64,000 bases of DNA from assembly GCA_963733295.1 (NCBI GenBank), contig CAVTCS010000003.1:2144001-2208000 (forward strand), written 5' to 3'. Positions 1-9,265 of the stretch are shown here, piece by piece. Both the position numbers and the translations under genes were made by a program. The notes below the pieces were generated by a model, which worked only from the letters and a program-made list of their open reading frames with translations, searched no databases and had not been told where the DNA came from. The number at the start of each line of letters is the position of its first letter. Within the stretch, counting starts at the first letter, position 1. Origin of the DNA: Vulcanimicrobiota bacterium (GTDB lineage: Bacteria; Vulcanimicrobiota; Vulcanimicrobiia; Vulcanimicrobiales; Vulcanimicrobiaceae).

Positions 1-2
1 TG

Positions 3-104
3 CTCGAGTTCTCGGCCGGATCGCTTACGCCCATTCCCGGCTCGACGCTGACGACCGCCAGTGGCGACCGAGCGCTAAACCTCCTCTTCCTCCCCACCCA
101 CTAG
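3..104 (+). CDS. 3' end of a gene starting before the window
   Basis: Open frame LEFSAGSLTPIPGSTLTTASGDRALNLLFLPTH* running in from the window edge. Confidence 0.4.
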   Translation, partial: LEFSAGSLTPIPGSTLTTASGDRALNLLFLPTH

Positions 105-342
105 CGGGCTACATTGAGACGAGCGTTAGCGCACCGATATTGACCGAATAATTGCCCCGGCGCGACGGTTGCGTTTGGCTGAGCACAGATGACGCTTCCC
201 GAGTAGTTAATTACGACACGCCGAGGTTAATTTCTAAGCAAATCTGATCTCCCAGAGAACGCCGGCCGGTGCCGCTCGCTCGGCGATGACGACCGGGTAG
301 CAAGGGGGCATTCCTCGCGTGCACGAAGGGCCTCGCCTCGCT

Positions 343-1309
343 ATGCTCAAGGCCGTGCAAATCTCCGCTTACGGCGGGGTCGATCAACTTCGCATCGTCG
401 ACATCGCGAAACCGCAGCCGCAGGTTGGCGAGCTGGTGGTGCGCGTCGTAGCAACGGGTACGAACCCGGGTGAGATCTCAATTCGCGAAGGCCTGCTCAA
501 GGACGTGTTCCCGATGGATTTCCCATTCGGCGAGGGGACGGATTTCGCGGGCCGCGTTGATTCGGTGGGCACCGGCGTCACCGGCTTTGCAGTAGGCGAC
601 GCGGTACTCGGTTGGACGGAGCAGCGCTCAGCGCACGCCGAGTACGTTGCCGTGAACGCCTCGCAACTGATCTCTAAGCCGCCGGCACTCGATTGGTTCC
701 GTGCCGGAAGCCTGTTTGTCGTGGCGACCACCGCATCCGCCGCGGTGCGCGCGGTGTCGTTGAAGTCGGGCGACGTCGTGGCGGTCAGTGCCGCCGCGGG
801 TGGCGTCGGATCGATCGCGGTTCAGCTCGCGCGGCGCAGCCGGCGCACGCGTCATCGGCATCGCGAGCGATGAGAATCGAGAGTTCTTGCGTTCCATCGG
901 CGTCGAACCCGTCGCATACGGCGACGGCCTCCAGGAGCGGCTGCGCGCCCTCGCGCCGAAAGGAATCGATGCGTTCCTCGACTTCTTTGGCGGCGGATAC
1001 GTCGAGCTCGCGATCAATCTCGGCGTGTCGCGCGAGCGCATCAATACCGTGATCGATTTCGCAGGCGCGCAGAAATACGGCGTCAAGAGCGACGGTTCGG
1101 CGGAGGCTGCGTCGCGCGAGACCCTGGAGTCCGTCGCGAATCTCGTGGCATGGGGTGAGATACTCATGCCGCTGACCACGATCTATCCCCTTGCCTTAGT
1201 ACGCGATGCGTACCTCGAGCTCGCACGCCGCAAGACCCGAGGCAAGATCGTACTCGCCGTCGACGCGCCGATTACCCAGCCGCTTCATCCGCCCGAATCG
1301 GCGCTGTAG
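343..1309 (+). pseudogene. NADP-dependent MDR/quinone oxidoreductase, split by a frameshift near 838
   Basis: MLKAVQISAYGG...AAAGGVGSIAVQLA (ORF 319-873) continues as AGARVIGIAS...RKTRGKIVL (ORF 788-1309). May be a sequencing indel. Confidence 0.85.
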
Positions 1310-1343
1310 GTCTCTTCACAACATCGAACAAGGAGGCGCATCC

Positions 1344-2804
1344 ATGAGAAGGCCTACGGGCCTCGTGCTCGCATCGGTTCTTGCGGTAACACTCACACTG
1401 TTAGTGGAACTTGCATTCGTCCCGCCCGCGACGGCTCAGCAAGCGCCGTCCGCAACACCGTCGCCCAGCGCTACTGAGTTGAGCAAAAGCATTATCCATA
1501 GCCGCGCATTCGAGGCGGTCGTTTGGGGCATGCCGGCCGTCAACGCCGAGCTGATGTATGAGGCGCTGGCGCAAAACGGTGGCGCGTTTAATCAGATCGT
1601 CTACTGGTCGGCACTCCCGAGTTGGAAGAACCAGACGCTAACGCCGAATCCGGACGCGATCTATCTCATGCCCTTCTTTAACACGAAGGACGTGGGTCCG
1701 ATGGTCCTCGAGATTCCGCCCGCTGACGGCGGCTCGATCACCGGTAACGTGGACGATATTTGGCAGACGCCGCTGGAAGACGTTGGGCCAGCCGGCGTTG
1801 ACAAAGGGAAGGGATGTAAGTGCCTGATTCTTCCACCAGGCTACAAAGGGACGGTACCCAGCGGTTACACCGCCCTGCCGTCGGAGGTTTACGAGGGCTT
1901 CGCGTTGCTGCGTTCGATCCTGAAAAGTGGCAGTGCGGCCGATGTCGCCAAAGCCGTTGCCTACGGCAAGCGCGTCAAGCTTTACCCTCTGTCGCAAGCA
2001 GCAAATCCACCCGCGACGAAATTTGTCGATGCTCTAAACGTGGTATTCGAAGCTAGCATTCCGTATGATTTGCGATACTTCCAGTCGCTGGACCGCATCG
2101 TACAGAGCCAGCCTTGGCTAGAGCGGGACAAAGCGATGATCGACCAACTCAAGTCGATCGGCATCGAAAAAGGCAAGCCATTTAATCCCAACCCAGAAAC
2201 GCAGCAGATCCTCAAAGATGCTGCCCAAGAAGCCCATCTTTGGTTTGAGACCCGGTACGCAACTCTCTTTGCGCCGCCGTTCTTCGCAGGGACTCATTGG
2301 GCTCTCCCCATTTTGAGCGATGTTGCCGAGGCGGAATCGTCGGGGTTTGCAAATCCCGACGCGTATCCCGTCGACGACCGGGGCCTCACCTACACCTACG
2401 GCTTCGTCGGCATCAAGCACCTGGGAGCAGGCCAGTATTATCTGATGACGATTGCGGACAAAGACGGCCTGCCGTTCAAAGGAAGCAACACGTATAGAAT
2501 GACTGTGCCTGCGAACGTGCCGGTGACACAGTACTGGTCGATGACCGTGTACAATCGCGAAACCCACACCTTTGTCCGTAACGTGGCATGGGAGAGCCGG
2601 TCCTCGAATACACCGGCCTTGCAGCAGAACGCCGATGGTTCTGTAACCATCTATTTCGCGCCGACTGCCCCATCGGGCAAGAGCTCGAATTGGATTCCAA
2701 CGGACTCGGCCGGAACATTTGAAGTGCTGGCCCGTTTCTACGGGCCGGAAAAAGCGCTCTTCGATAAGACCTGGGTGATGTCGGATATCGAAAGAGTGAA
2801 ATGA
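1344..2804 (+). CDS. Secreted DUF1254/DUF1214 domain protein
   Basis: AGGAGG RBS, signal peptide, WGMPAVN, TLTPNPDAIY, YWSMTVY, NWIPT and RFYGP motifs. Confidence 0.85.
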   Translation: MRRPTGLVLASVLAVTLTLLVELAFVPPATAQQAPSATPSPSATELSKSIIHSRAFEAVVWGMPAVNAELMYEALAQNGGAFNQIVYWSALPSWKNQTLTPNPDAIYLMPFFNTKDVGPMVLEIPPADGGSITGNVDDIWQTPLEDVGPAGVDKGKGCKCLILPPGYKGTVPSGYTALPSEVYEGFALLRSILKSGSAADVAKAVAYGKRVKLYPLSQAANPPATKFVDALNVVFEASIPYDLRYFQSLDRIVQSQPWLERDKAMIDQLKSIGIEKGKPFNPNPETQQILKDAAQEAHLWFETRYATLFAPPFFAGTHWALPILSDVAEAESSGFANPDAYPVDDRGLTYTYGFVGIKHLGAGQYYLMTIADKDGLPFKGSNTYRMTVPANVPVTQYWSMTVYNRETHTFVRNVAWESRSSNTPALQQNADGSVTIYFAPTAPSGKSSNWIPTDSAGTFEVLARFYGPEKALFDKTWVMSDIERVK

Positions 2805-3258
2805 CCGACTCAGTACCCGTTACCGCTGACAACTTCATCCGTGCTGAGACGGACAAGACCTTTTCCGGCTTCGAGCAGGGCTTTGGCAAGTTCCAGCATT
2901 TCCGGGAACTGGCGCCGATCGATAATCAAGTCGTCCAGCGCGGCAATCGTGACACACTCTATTCGATGGGTGTGTTCGATCTCGACGCCGGACCAGTCAC
3001 GATCTCGCTAACGACGATCTACAAGCTCAACGTGCGAGATGTGCCCGTCGATGGCTTCTGGTCGATCAGTCTTTACGGCCCCGATGGGCTCTTTCATAAA
3101 AACGATCGGAACGCTTATACGTTCAACGACACCGCCAAGAAGGACCCCGACGGTTCGGTGACCATTCAGTTCGGTGGCTGCGACCGGACGACCACAAATT
3201 GTCTTCCGATCGTCCCGGCGGTACATGGAAGTTCCCTGAAGCGAAAACGGTGCAGTGA
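2801..3258 (+). pseudogene. DUF1254/DUF1214 protein with internal deletions
   Basis: DNFIRAETD..NRDTLYS..GPVTISL is joined directly to YKLNVRDVPVDGFWSISLY; the C-terminal GTWKFPEAKTVQ* lies in another frame. Confidence 0.75.
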
Positions 3259-3286
3259 TCCCGCAGCCCGAGCGGTTTAGCGAGGC

Positions 3287-3708
3287 TCATCGGGCGGCGC
3301 GTTCGCGGAAGTGGATGCCGGCGTCTTGGACTTCGCGATACGGGAGCAGCCAAACCATCGACTCATCGTGGAGGTCGACGACCTGGATGCGGTTGCCGAA
3401 CGGGTCGTGGAAGTCGCAGCGGAATGGTGGAATGAGACGGATCCCGTATTTGTTGGTCAGCTTGTCGCGCACCTCGGCGAGCTGTTCTTCGTCGCGCACG
3501 ATCAACCCGAAGTGGCGAAGCCGCGCGGGCTGCGTCTTGTCGACCTTAAAGATCGCCAAGAATTGATGTTCGCCCAGACGCATGAAGGCGTCACCCTCAC
3601 CCTCGTCGAGCTTTTCGAGATCGAAAACATCTTGGTAGAACGCGACTGCGCGGTCGACGTCGTCGACTCGATCGCGAGGTGGTTGCAGCCGTAAACTTTG
3701 ACGCTCAT
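3287..3708 (-). pseudogene. VOC/glyoxalase family protein, frameshift near 3667
   Basis: MSVKVYGCNHLAIE then (V)DDVDRAVAFYQDVFDL...HFGLIV...DPFGNRIQV after restoring one G. Confidence 0.8.
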
Positions 3709-3898
3709 GTTCCTACGAACCGCGAAGGCCCCGCAGCGGATGCAAGGTAGTCCGGCCCGCGGCAGCAGCTTCGGCGCTCGCCTGCTCTCGAGCCGGCGGG
3801 CCCAGATCCGCCGGAGTGAATGCAGCGAGTGATCTAAATTTACGTAATTTGATTCGCCGTTGATGGACGGCGCGCGGCATTTGTGTGAAAATGGCGAC

Positions 3899-4348
3899 AT
3901 GCGTTACCGAAATTTCGTGGCGGCAGCCGCAATCGCGCTCTTCGCCGTGGCCAGTTCGGCCGCGCGAGCGGATACGGGCCCGACCACCGACAGCGCGATG
4001 GCGTTCGAGCACAACCTGGCCAAGGCGCTAGTCGACAACGATCCCAACGCTCTGGGGCGTTTGCTGGCGAGCGACTGGATCGTGATCAGCGCGCGTGGCG
4101 GCGTGGCCGACCGCGACGCCGTCATCGACGCGGTCCGCAAGGGCCTCTGGGTGCACAAGACCGTGGACATATCGGACCCGCGCGTGCGCATCTACGGCAA
4201 CACCGCCGTCGCCACGTATCGCCTTGCGAACGTCGGCATCCTCGGCGGAAAGCCGTTTAACGTGCAAGAACGCGAGACCGACGTCCTCGTCTGGAACGGC
4301 GGCGAATGGAAAGCCGTCCTCTCGCACGAGAGCTACTTGAACGAATGA
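3899..4348 (+). CDS. Secreted NTF2-like (DUF4440/SnoaL-like) protein
   Basis: Signal peptide MRYRNFVAAAAIALFAVASSAARA; VRIYGNTAV, TDVLVW..GEWKAV..HES. Confidence 0.85.
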   Translation: MRYRNFVAAAAIALFAVASSAARADTGPTTDSAMAFEHNLAKALVDNDPNALGRLLASDWIVISARGGVADRDAVIDAVRKGLWVHKTVDISDPRVRIYGNTAVATYRLANVGILGGKPFNVQERETDVLVWNGGEWKAVLSHESYLNE

Positions 4349-4502
4349 GTCTCGGCCGGTAGGCTACGGCTTCGCCGCCGGATCGTGGGCCCAAGTCGCA
4401 CGGTACGAAGCAAGTTTAACGAATCGCTGAGCGCGGTATCCGGTAAACGCCGTCGAAAAGCGCCCTATCGACCTTCGATCTTCCTCGATGGGCAGGCAGC
4501 CT

Positions 4503-5210
4503 ATGACCGTTCCACACCTCAACCAGCAACACGCTCGGGTCTTGCGCGAGATCTTCGAGCATCCGGTCGCGCGCAATCTCGAGTGGCCTGACGTTCTCAG
4601 CCTCATGGAGCATCTTGGGAACGTGCAGCAGCGGCATGACGGCAAGTATCAGATTCAGATCGGTACGGCGCAAACGATCGTCGAGCGGCCGCAACACAAA
4701 GACGTCGAGCTCACCGAGTTGCTGCGGTTGCGGACCTTCCTGAAAGAGGCCGGCCTCGAGGTAACCAGAGCGCAGCCGGCGCCGGGGCAATCCGATACAC
4801 GATCCGGCTCCCGAGCAGTTGTGGCCGTCGACCATCATCAGGCACGCTTCTTCGAGTTCGGAAGCGACGGCGTGCATCTGGTCGAGCGCGATCACTTGGA
4901 GCCCCTGGATCCGCACGGTTTTGAACGGCATCTCGAGCATCGGAAAGAGGCGGATTACAAAGGCGAACGGGTCCCCGAACCCGACGAGTACTACGAGCGA
5001 ATGGCGCAGCAGCTCAAGGGCGCGGGCACGATTCTGCTCGTGGGAGATGCGACGGGGAAGAGCAGTGCCGTTCGGTATCTCGCGCATCATCTCCAGGAGA
5101 AGCACGGGGATATTTGGCATCACGTTGTCGGAATGGAGAACTTAGATCTATCCTCGATGACGCTACCCCGGCTGCAAGAACTCAATGAGAGGTACAAGCA
5201 GACGTCATGA
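4503..5210 (+). CDS. Two-domain protein: HicA-like N-terminus plus eRF1/host-attachment-like C-terminus
   Basis: HARVLREIFEHPVARNLEWPDVLSLMEHLG resembles HicA; AVVAVDHHQARFF..YYERMAQQLKGAGTILLVG resembles baeRF/host-attachment domains. Confidence 0.6.
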   Translation: MTVPHLNQQHARVLREIFEHPVARNLEWPDVLSLMEHLGNVQQRHDGKYQIQIGTAQTIVERPQHKDVELTELLRLRTFLKEAGLEVTRAQPAPGQSDTRSGSRAVVAVDHHQARFFEFGSDGVHLVERDHLEPLDPHGFERHLEHRKEADYKGERVPEPDEYYERMAQQLKGAGTILLVGDATGKSSAVRYLAHHLQEKHGDIWHHVVGMENLDLSSMTLPRLQELNERYKQTS

Positions 5211-5557
5211 AAACGAGTCGAAGCGGAATCGAGCCCGGCGTGAAGCCGAGCGGAACCGGTTGCGTCGAATGCTTGGCCTCGCATAGCTGGTGGTTCCACC
5301 TGCGCCGCTGCGCGGAGTGCGGCCACATCGGCTGCTGCGATCAGTCACCGGGCCAGCACGCTACCGAACACAATGCTTCCACGCATCATCCGGTCATCGC
5401 GAGTTTCGAACCCGGAGAAGATTGGTTTTACGACTACCAAGACGAGCAGTTTTTCGAGGGGCCGCGGCTTGCGCCGCCGCACGCGCATCCGAAAAATCAA
5501 CCCGTACCCGGACCCGACGGCGCCGTTCCACCCAACTGGCAAACTTTACTGAACTGA
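5207..5557 (+). CDS. UBP-type zinc finger protein
   Basis: CVEC..WWFHLRRCAECGHIGCCDQSP..HA..H..SFEPGEDWFY; ATGA overlap with the upstream gene. Confidence 0.9.
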   Translation: MKTSRSGIEPGVKPSGTGCVECLASHSWWFHLRRCAECGHIGCCDQSPGQHATEHNASTHHPVIASFEPGEDWFYDYQDEQFFEGPRLAPPHAHPKNQPVPGPDGAVPPNWQTLLN

Positions 5558-5681
5558 TGACGAGGACGTTTCAGCTCTCCGGGCTGAGTACGAAGCCTAT
5601 CCTGAATCTTCTAGATAGCATCAGCACTAAACTGAACGGACGGGTTCTTGCCCGATGCAGGTTTCGAGAGTATTATCCAAA

Positions 5682-5784
5682 CCTCACCGAGCCTAAGGAC
5701 AAGTGTGGCGAGACGCGCTGCTACATCCGCGATCCTGACGGTTACATTATAGAAGTCGGGCAAAGCAAACCGGGACTCGTTTAA
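5682..5784 (+). pseudogene. C-terminal remnant of a VOC/glyoxalase gene
   Basis: LTEPKDKCGETRCYIRDPDGYIIEVGQ*, with no matching N-terminus. Confidence 0.6.
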
Positions 5785-6278
5785 AAGGAGAGAACATTTC
5801 AGGTATCAGTTGCTTCGCGAAGTTGTATGCGACAATAGACTTCGAGACTGGCGCTGCCGGATCAGTGCGGGTGCGTCACGGTTATGGCTTGGGGTTGGGT
5901 GCCCGCCGCGAACGGCGACCCTGCCACTGGCGTCAGCGCGCCGCTGGTCCCGTCGATGGTATAGGCGGAAACATTGTTGGAGTACACGTTGGCCACATAG
6001 GCGAACTTGCCCGTGGGATCGACCGCTAATATGTCGGTGAAGCCGCCCGCCGCAAACGGCGACCCCGCCACCGGCGTCAGCGCGCCGCTCGTTGCGTCGA
6101 TGGTGTAGGCGGAAACACCGCTGTGGCCAGCAGAGAAGCTGGTCACGTAGGCAAACTTGCCAGTAGGATCGAGCGCTACGCCAACGGGACCGTTACCCGT
6201 CCCAAACGGTGATCCCGCCACCGGCGCCAGCGCGCCGCTCGTCGCGTCGATGGCGTAGGCAGAAACATTGTTAGAGTT

Positions 6279-7656
6279 GAGGTCGTTTCAATCTGCGGGG
6301 AAACGCCGGCGGTGCAACTCTTGTTGGTGTGATTATCTCACGCAGCTCGTTTCAGTGCAACCGGTTCAGCTGGAAAGTCCAGGAGATCGCGATAGCCGCG
6401 TAACCGTCTCCATGTTGGAGATAACTTGATGATCAACGCGTGCGTGACGGCGGTGGCGAACTCTGCGGTCCGTAAGCGCTTCATGGCATCGGTCCGGTGA
6501 CGGATCGGAGCGAAGATTGATTCGATGGGATTGGTGGTTCGCAGATGGATCCACGTCGCGTGCGGAAAGCGATAATACGCGAAGAGGCGGTTGCGGTCAT
6601 CGCGCAGGCATGCGGCAGCCTTGGGATACGATCGTTCGTAGGATTTCGCTAGAGATTCGAGCTTGCGTCGAGCTTCGGCTTCGGTCTCTGCGTGCATGAT
6701 CGCCGCCATTGCCGCGTGGGCATCGCGTTGGCGTTTCTTCGGGAGCTTTTCCTCGACGTTACGAATCTTGTGCAACCAGCAGCGCTGCTGAGAGACCTTG
6801 GGCCACGCCTTATCGGCTGCCGCCCATAAGCCGCACGCGCCGTCGGCAACCAGGAGCTGCGGCGCACGCAGCCCGCGACGTGCAAGATCCTCGAAGAGAG
6901 CGGTCCAAGCCGCCTCGCTTTCGCTCATCGCCTCGCGTAAAGCCAGCAAATGCTTGTCCCCATTGCGATCGGCTCCCAAGACAACAAGGAAAACGCGGCG
7001 TTCGTCGTCTGGACCGGCGCCTAGATACACGCCGTCGGCCCAGGTGAAGATTAGGTCGAGATCATCGAGCCGGCGCGTATTCCAGGCCGCAAAGTCGGCT
7101 AGGAGCTGTTTGTTCGTTCGAGTGATCGTTGCGGCGGAAAGCGGAGCGTCCTCGCCTAGAAACGCGCGCAGCGTGCCTTCAAAATCGCGCGTTGCCAATC
7201 CGTCAAGCCAAAGCGCGGTCAAGCTCGCATCGACATTCTGCAAGCGACGACGGTGCTTTGGGAGAATCGCCGAGCTGAACGAAGCTCCTCGGACTCGTGG
7301 GCGCCGCACCGCTATCGAGCCGCGGTTGGAAGTGATCACGCGAGCACGATCGTGCCCGTCGCGATAACCCAGCTTCGCGTCGGGAGTGCGCCGTCGGTAG
7401 CGAAGGCGTTCGAGGGCTTCGTCGACTTCGGCCTCGAGCACCGCTTGGAACAACTCGCTCAGTTTCGCTCGGCAAACTTCCTCGAGTTGGAGCGTCAGAT
7501 CGGCCGAGTCGGGCTTGGCAACAGGCACCTGGGTGCGGTAAGATCGTTTCACGGTTGGTGTACCTCCTAGATGTTAGCAATCCAAGAGTTACACCGCCGT
7601 CTTTTCATTTCCCGGAACGGCTGTCCGGGAATTCCCCCTCAAATCGAAACGATCTC
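6279..7656 (-). mobile_element. IS256-family insertion sequence (1378 bp)
   Basis: Imperfect TIRs GAGGTCGTTTCAATCTGCGGGGAAA / GAGATCGTTTCGATTTGAGGGGGAA; 9-bp target duplication GTTAGAGTT at 6270-6278 and 7657-7665. Confidence 0.92.
6338..7552 (-). CDS. IS256 (Mutator-type) DDE transposase
   Basis: GYRDG, WADGVY, VADG, QRCWLHKIRN and RTTNPIES motifs; AGGAGG before GTG. Confidence 0.93.
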   Translation of the reverse strand: MKRSYRTQVPVAKPDSADLTLQLEEVCRAKLSELFQAVLEAEVDEALERLRYRRRTPDAKLGYRDGHDRARVITSNRGSIAVRRPRVRGASFSSAILPKHRRRLQNVDASLTALWLDGLATRDFEGTLRAFLGEDAPLSAATITRTNKQLLADFAAWNTRRLDDLDLIFTWADGVYLGAGPDDERRVFLVVLGADRNGDKHLLALREAMSESEAAWTALFEDLARRGLRAPQLLVADGACGLWAAADKAWPKVSQQRCWLHKIRNVEEKLPKKRQRDAHAAMAAIMHAETEAEARRKLESLAKSYERSYPKAAACLRDDRNRLFAYYRFPHATWIHLRTTNPIESIFAPIRHRTDAMKRLRTAEFATAVTHALIIKLSPTWRRLRGYRDLLDFPAEPVALKRAA

Positions 7657-8526
7657 GTTAGAGTTGGCGTTGGGCACATAGACGAACTTGCCCATAGGAT
7701 CGACCGTCACACCGTGGGACCGTCGCCCGCCGCAAACGGCGAGCCCGCCACCGGCGTCAGCGCGCCGCTGGTCGCGTCGATGGTATAGGCGGAAACATTG
7801 CCGGAGACGCAGTTGGTCACATAGGCGAACTTGCCCGTAGGATCGACCGCCACCGCATTGGCGGAAAGCGGCCCGCCGCAAACGGCGACCCCACCACCGG
7901 CGTTAGCGCGCCGGTGGTCGGATTGACTGTATAGGCGGAAACATTGTCGGAGATCGTTGGACACATAGGCGAACTTGCCCGTAGGATCGACCGCCATGCC
8001 AATGGGACCCTTGCCCGCCGCGAACGGCGACCCCGCTACTTGCGTCAGCGCGCCGTTGGGCGCGTCGATCGTATAGGCGGAAACATTGTTGCGACCGTAG
8101 TTGACGACATACGCGAACTTGCCCTTAGGATCGACTGCCACGGATGGGGATCTCTGCCCGCCGCAAACGGCGACCCCGCCACCTGCGTCAGCGCGCCGCT
8201 GGTCGCGTCGATGGTATAGGCGGAAACACTGCGGGACTGATGTTGGCCACGTAGGCGAACTTGCCCGTAGGATCGACCGCAATGCTAATGGGACCGCTGC
8301 CCGCCGCAAAGGGCGACCCAGCCACCGGCTTCAGCGCGCCGCTCGTCGCGTCGATAGTATAGGCGGAAACACCTGAATCGCTGATCACATAGGCGAACTG
8401 AACTCCGCCATGCGCACACCCAATGGTTACGAGCAGTAGTCCGATTGATAGAAACGCAATGGCGTTACGCATAAGGTATCTCCCTCTCTGAGCCGTGGAC
8501 TCGAATGCCTCGCCGAGCGGCTTGAG

Positions 8527-9075
8527 GTGTCACTATTGTCTATCAGATTTGTTCCTCTGTTGGTGATCGCCTTTGCGTGCTCGATGAGCACGCGGGCGTT
8601 CGGAGAATCCTTCGTCCAAGCGAATTCGACTGATTTCTCTTGGGGCGCGAGCTCACATGGCTTTGCCGTGAGCCTGACGTTCTCAAAGGTAACCTTTGAT
8701 CCGACCGAGCCAATTGTCGCAGTGCTTGGCCTTCGAAATCTCAACTCAAACCCGGTGGAAATCGCTCGCGGCGCGATCTTCGTAGATTTTGATTGGGTCG
8801 TACTTGACGGAGCGGGTCGACAGCTACAGCCGCGAGACGATAAACCCGCCCCGGGTTTTGAATCCTCAGGGGGCATCGGGATTACCTTAGCTCCGCGCTT
8901 CGCCTGGAGAGAGTCCTTTGACTTACGAGAACGCTATAAGTTTCCACCAGGAAAGTACACGATAACCATCACTAGGCCGATTCAGCTTGAAGCAGATGTA
9001 GCTCGGGTAGGCATGAATGCACCGCCCGTCGCGGCACCGGTGTCACAAACGGTTACAATTCAGGTCCATCCATAA
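8527..9075 (+). CDS. Secreted hypothetical protein, probable Ig-like beta-sandwich (copy A)
   Basis: Signal peptide, beta-strand pattern, PGKYTITI; about 91% identical (16 substitutions in 182 aa) to 25219-25767. Confidence 0.75.
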   Translation: MSLLSIRFVPLLVIAFACSMSTRAFGESFVQANSTDFSWGASSHGFAVSLTFSKVTFDPTEPIVAVLGLRNLNSNPVEIARGAIFVDFDWVVLDGAGRQLQPRDDKPAPGFESSGGIGITLAPRFAWRESFDLRERYKFPPGKYTITITRPIQLEADVARVGMNAPPVAAPVSQTVTIQVHP

Positions 9076-9265
9076 AGCCCTGATCGTTTCTTTCGGACGG
9101 AAGAACCCGAAGCGTTTATAATGCAACTATCGAACCGGGTCGCATTCCCCCTCCGCGATCAGCGTACGAGTGCGGAGCGGGAAAACCGCGCGCCACCGGC
9201 GCTACCGGGCAGTCTTTGCTAGCGTCGCGCTCCAAGCGCATGGTCTGCCCGACCCAGAACGCGAT

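Larger units (their letters stand above)
5862..8472 (-). pseudogene. Lactonase/YncE-like repeat beta-propeller lipoprotein, interrupted by IS256 and about five frameshifts
   Basis: Signal ending LLVTIG-C; eight ~48-aa repeats VSAYTIDATSGALTPVAGSPFAAG..P..VAVDPTGKFAYV spread over several frames. Confidence 0.85.

Noticed and set aside
3831..3862. dif-like site (TTACGTAAATT)
   Set aside because: Only the XerD-like half matches; more likely an AT-rich promoter dyad between divergent genes.
5553..5580. CTGATGA hammerhead-like core
   Set aside because: No stem II followed by GAAA; it overlaps a stop codon.
5862..8400. Regularly spaced DNA repeats resembling a CRISPR array
   Set aside because: They are ~144-bp coding repeats of a propeller; there are no cas genes or unique spacers.
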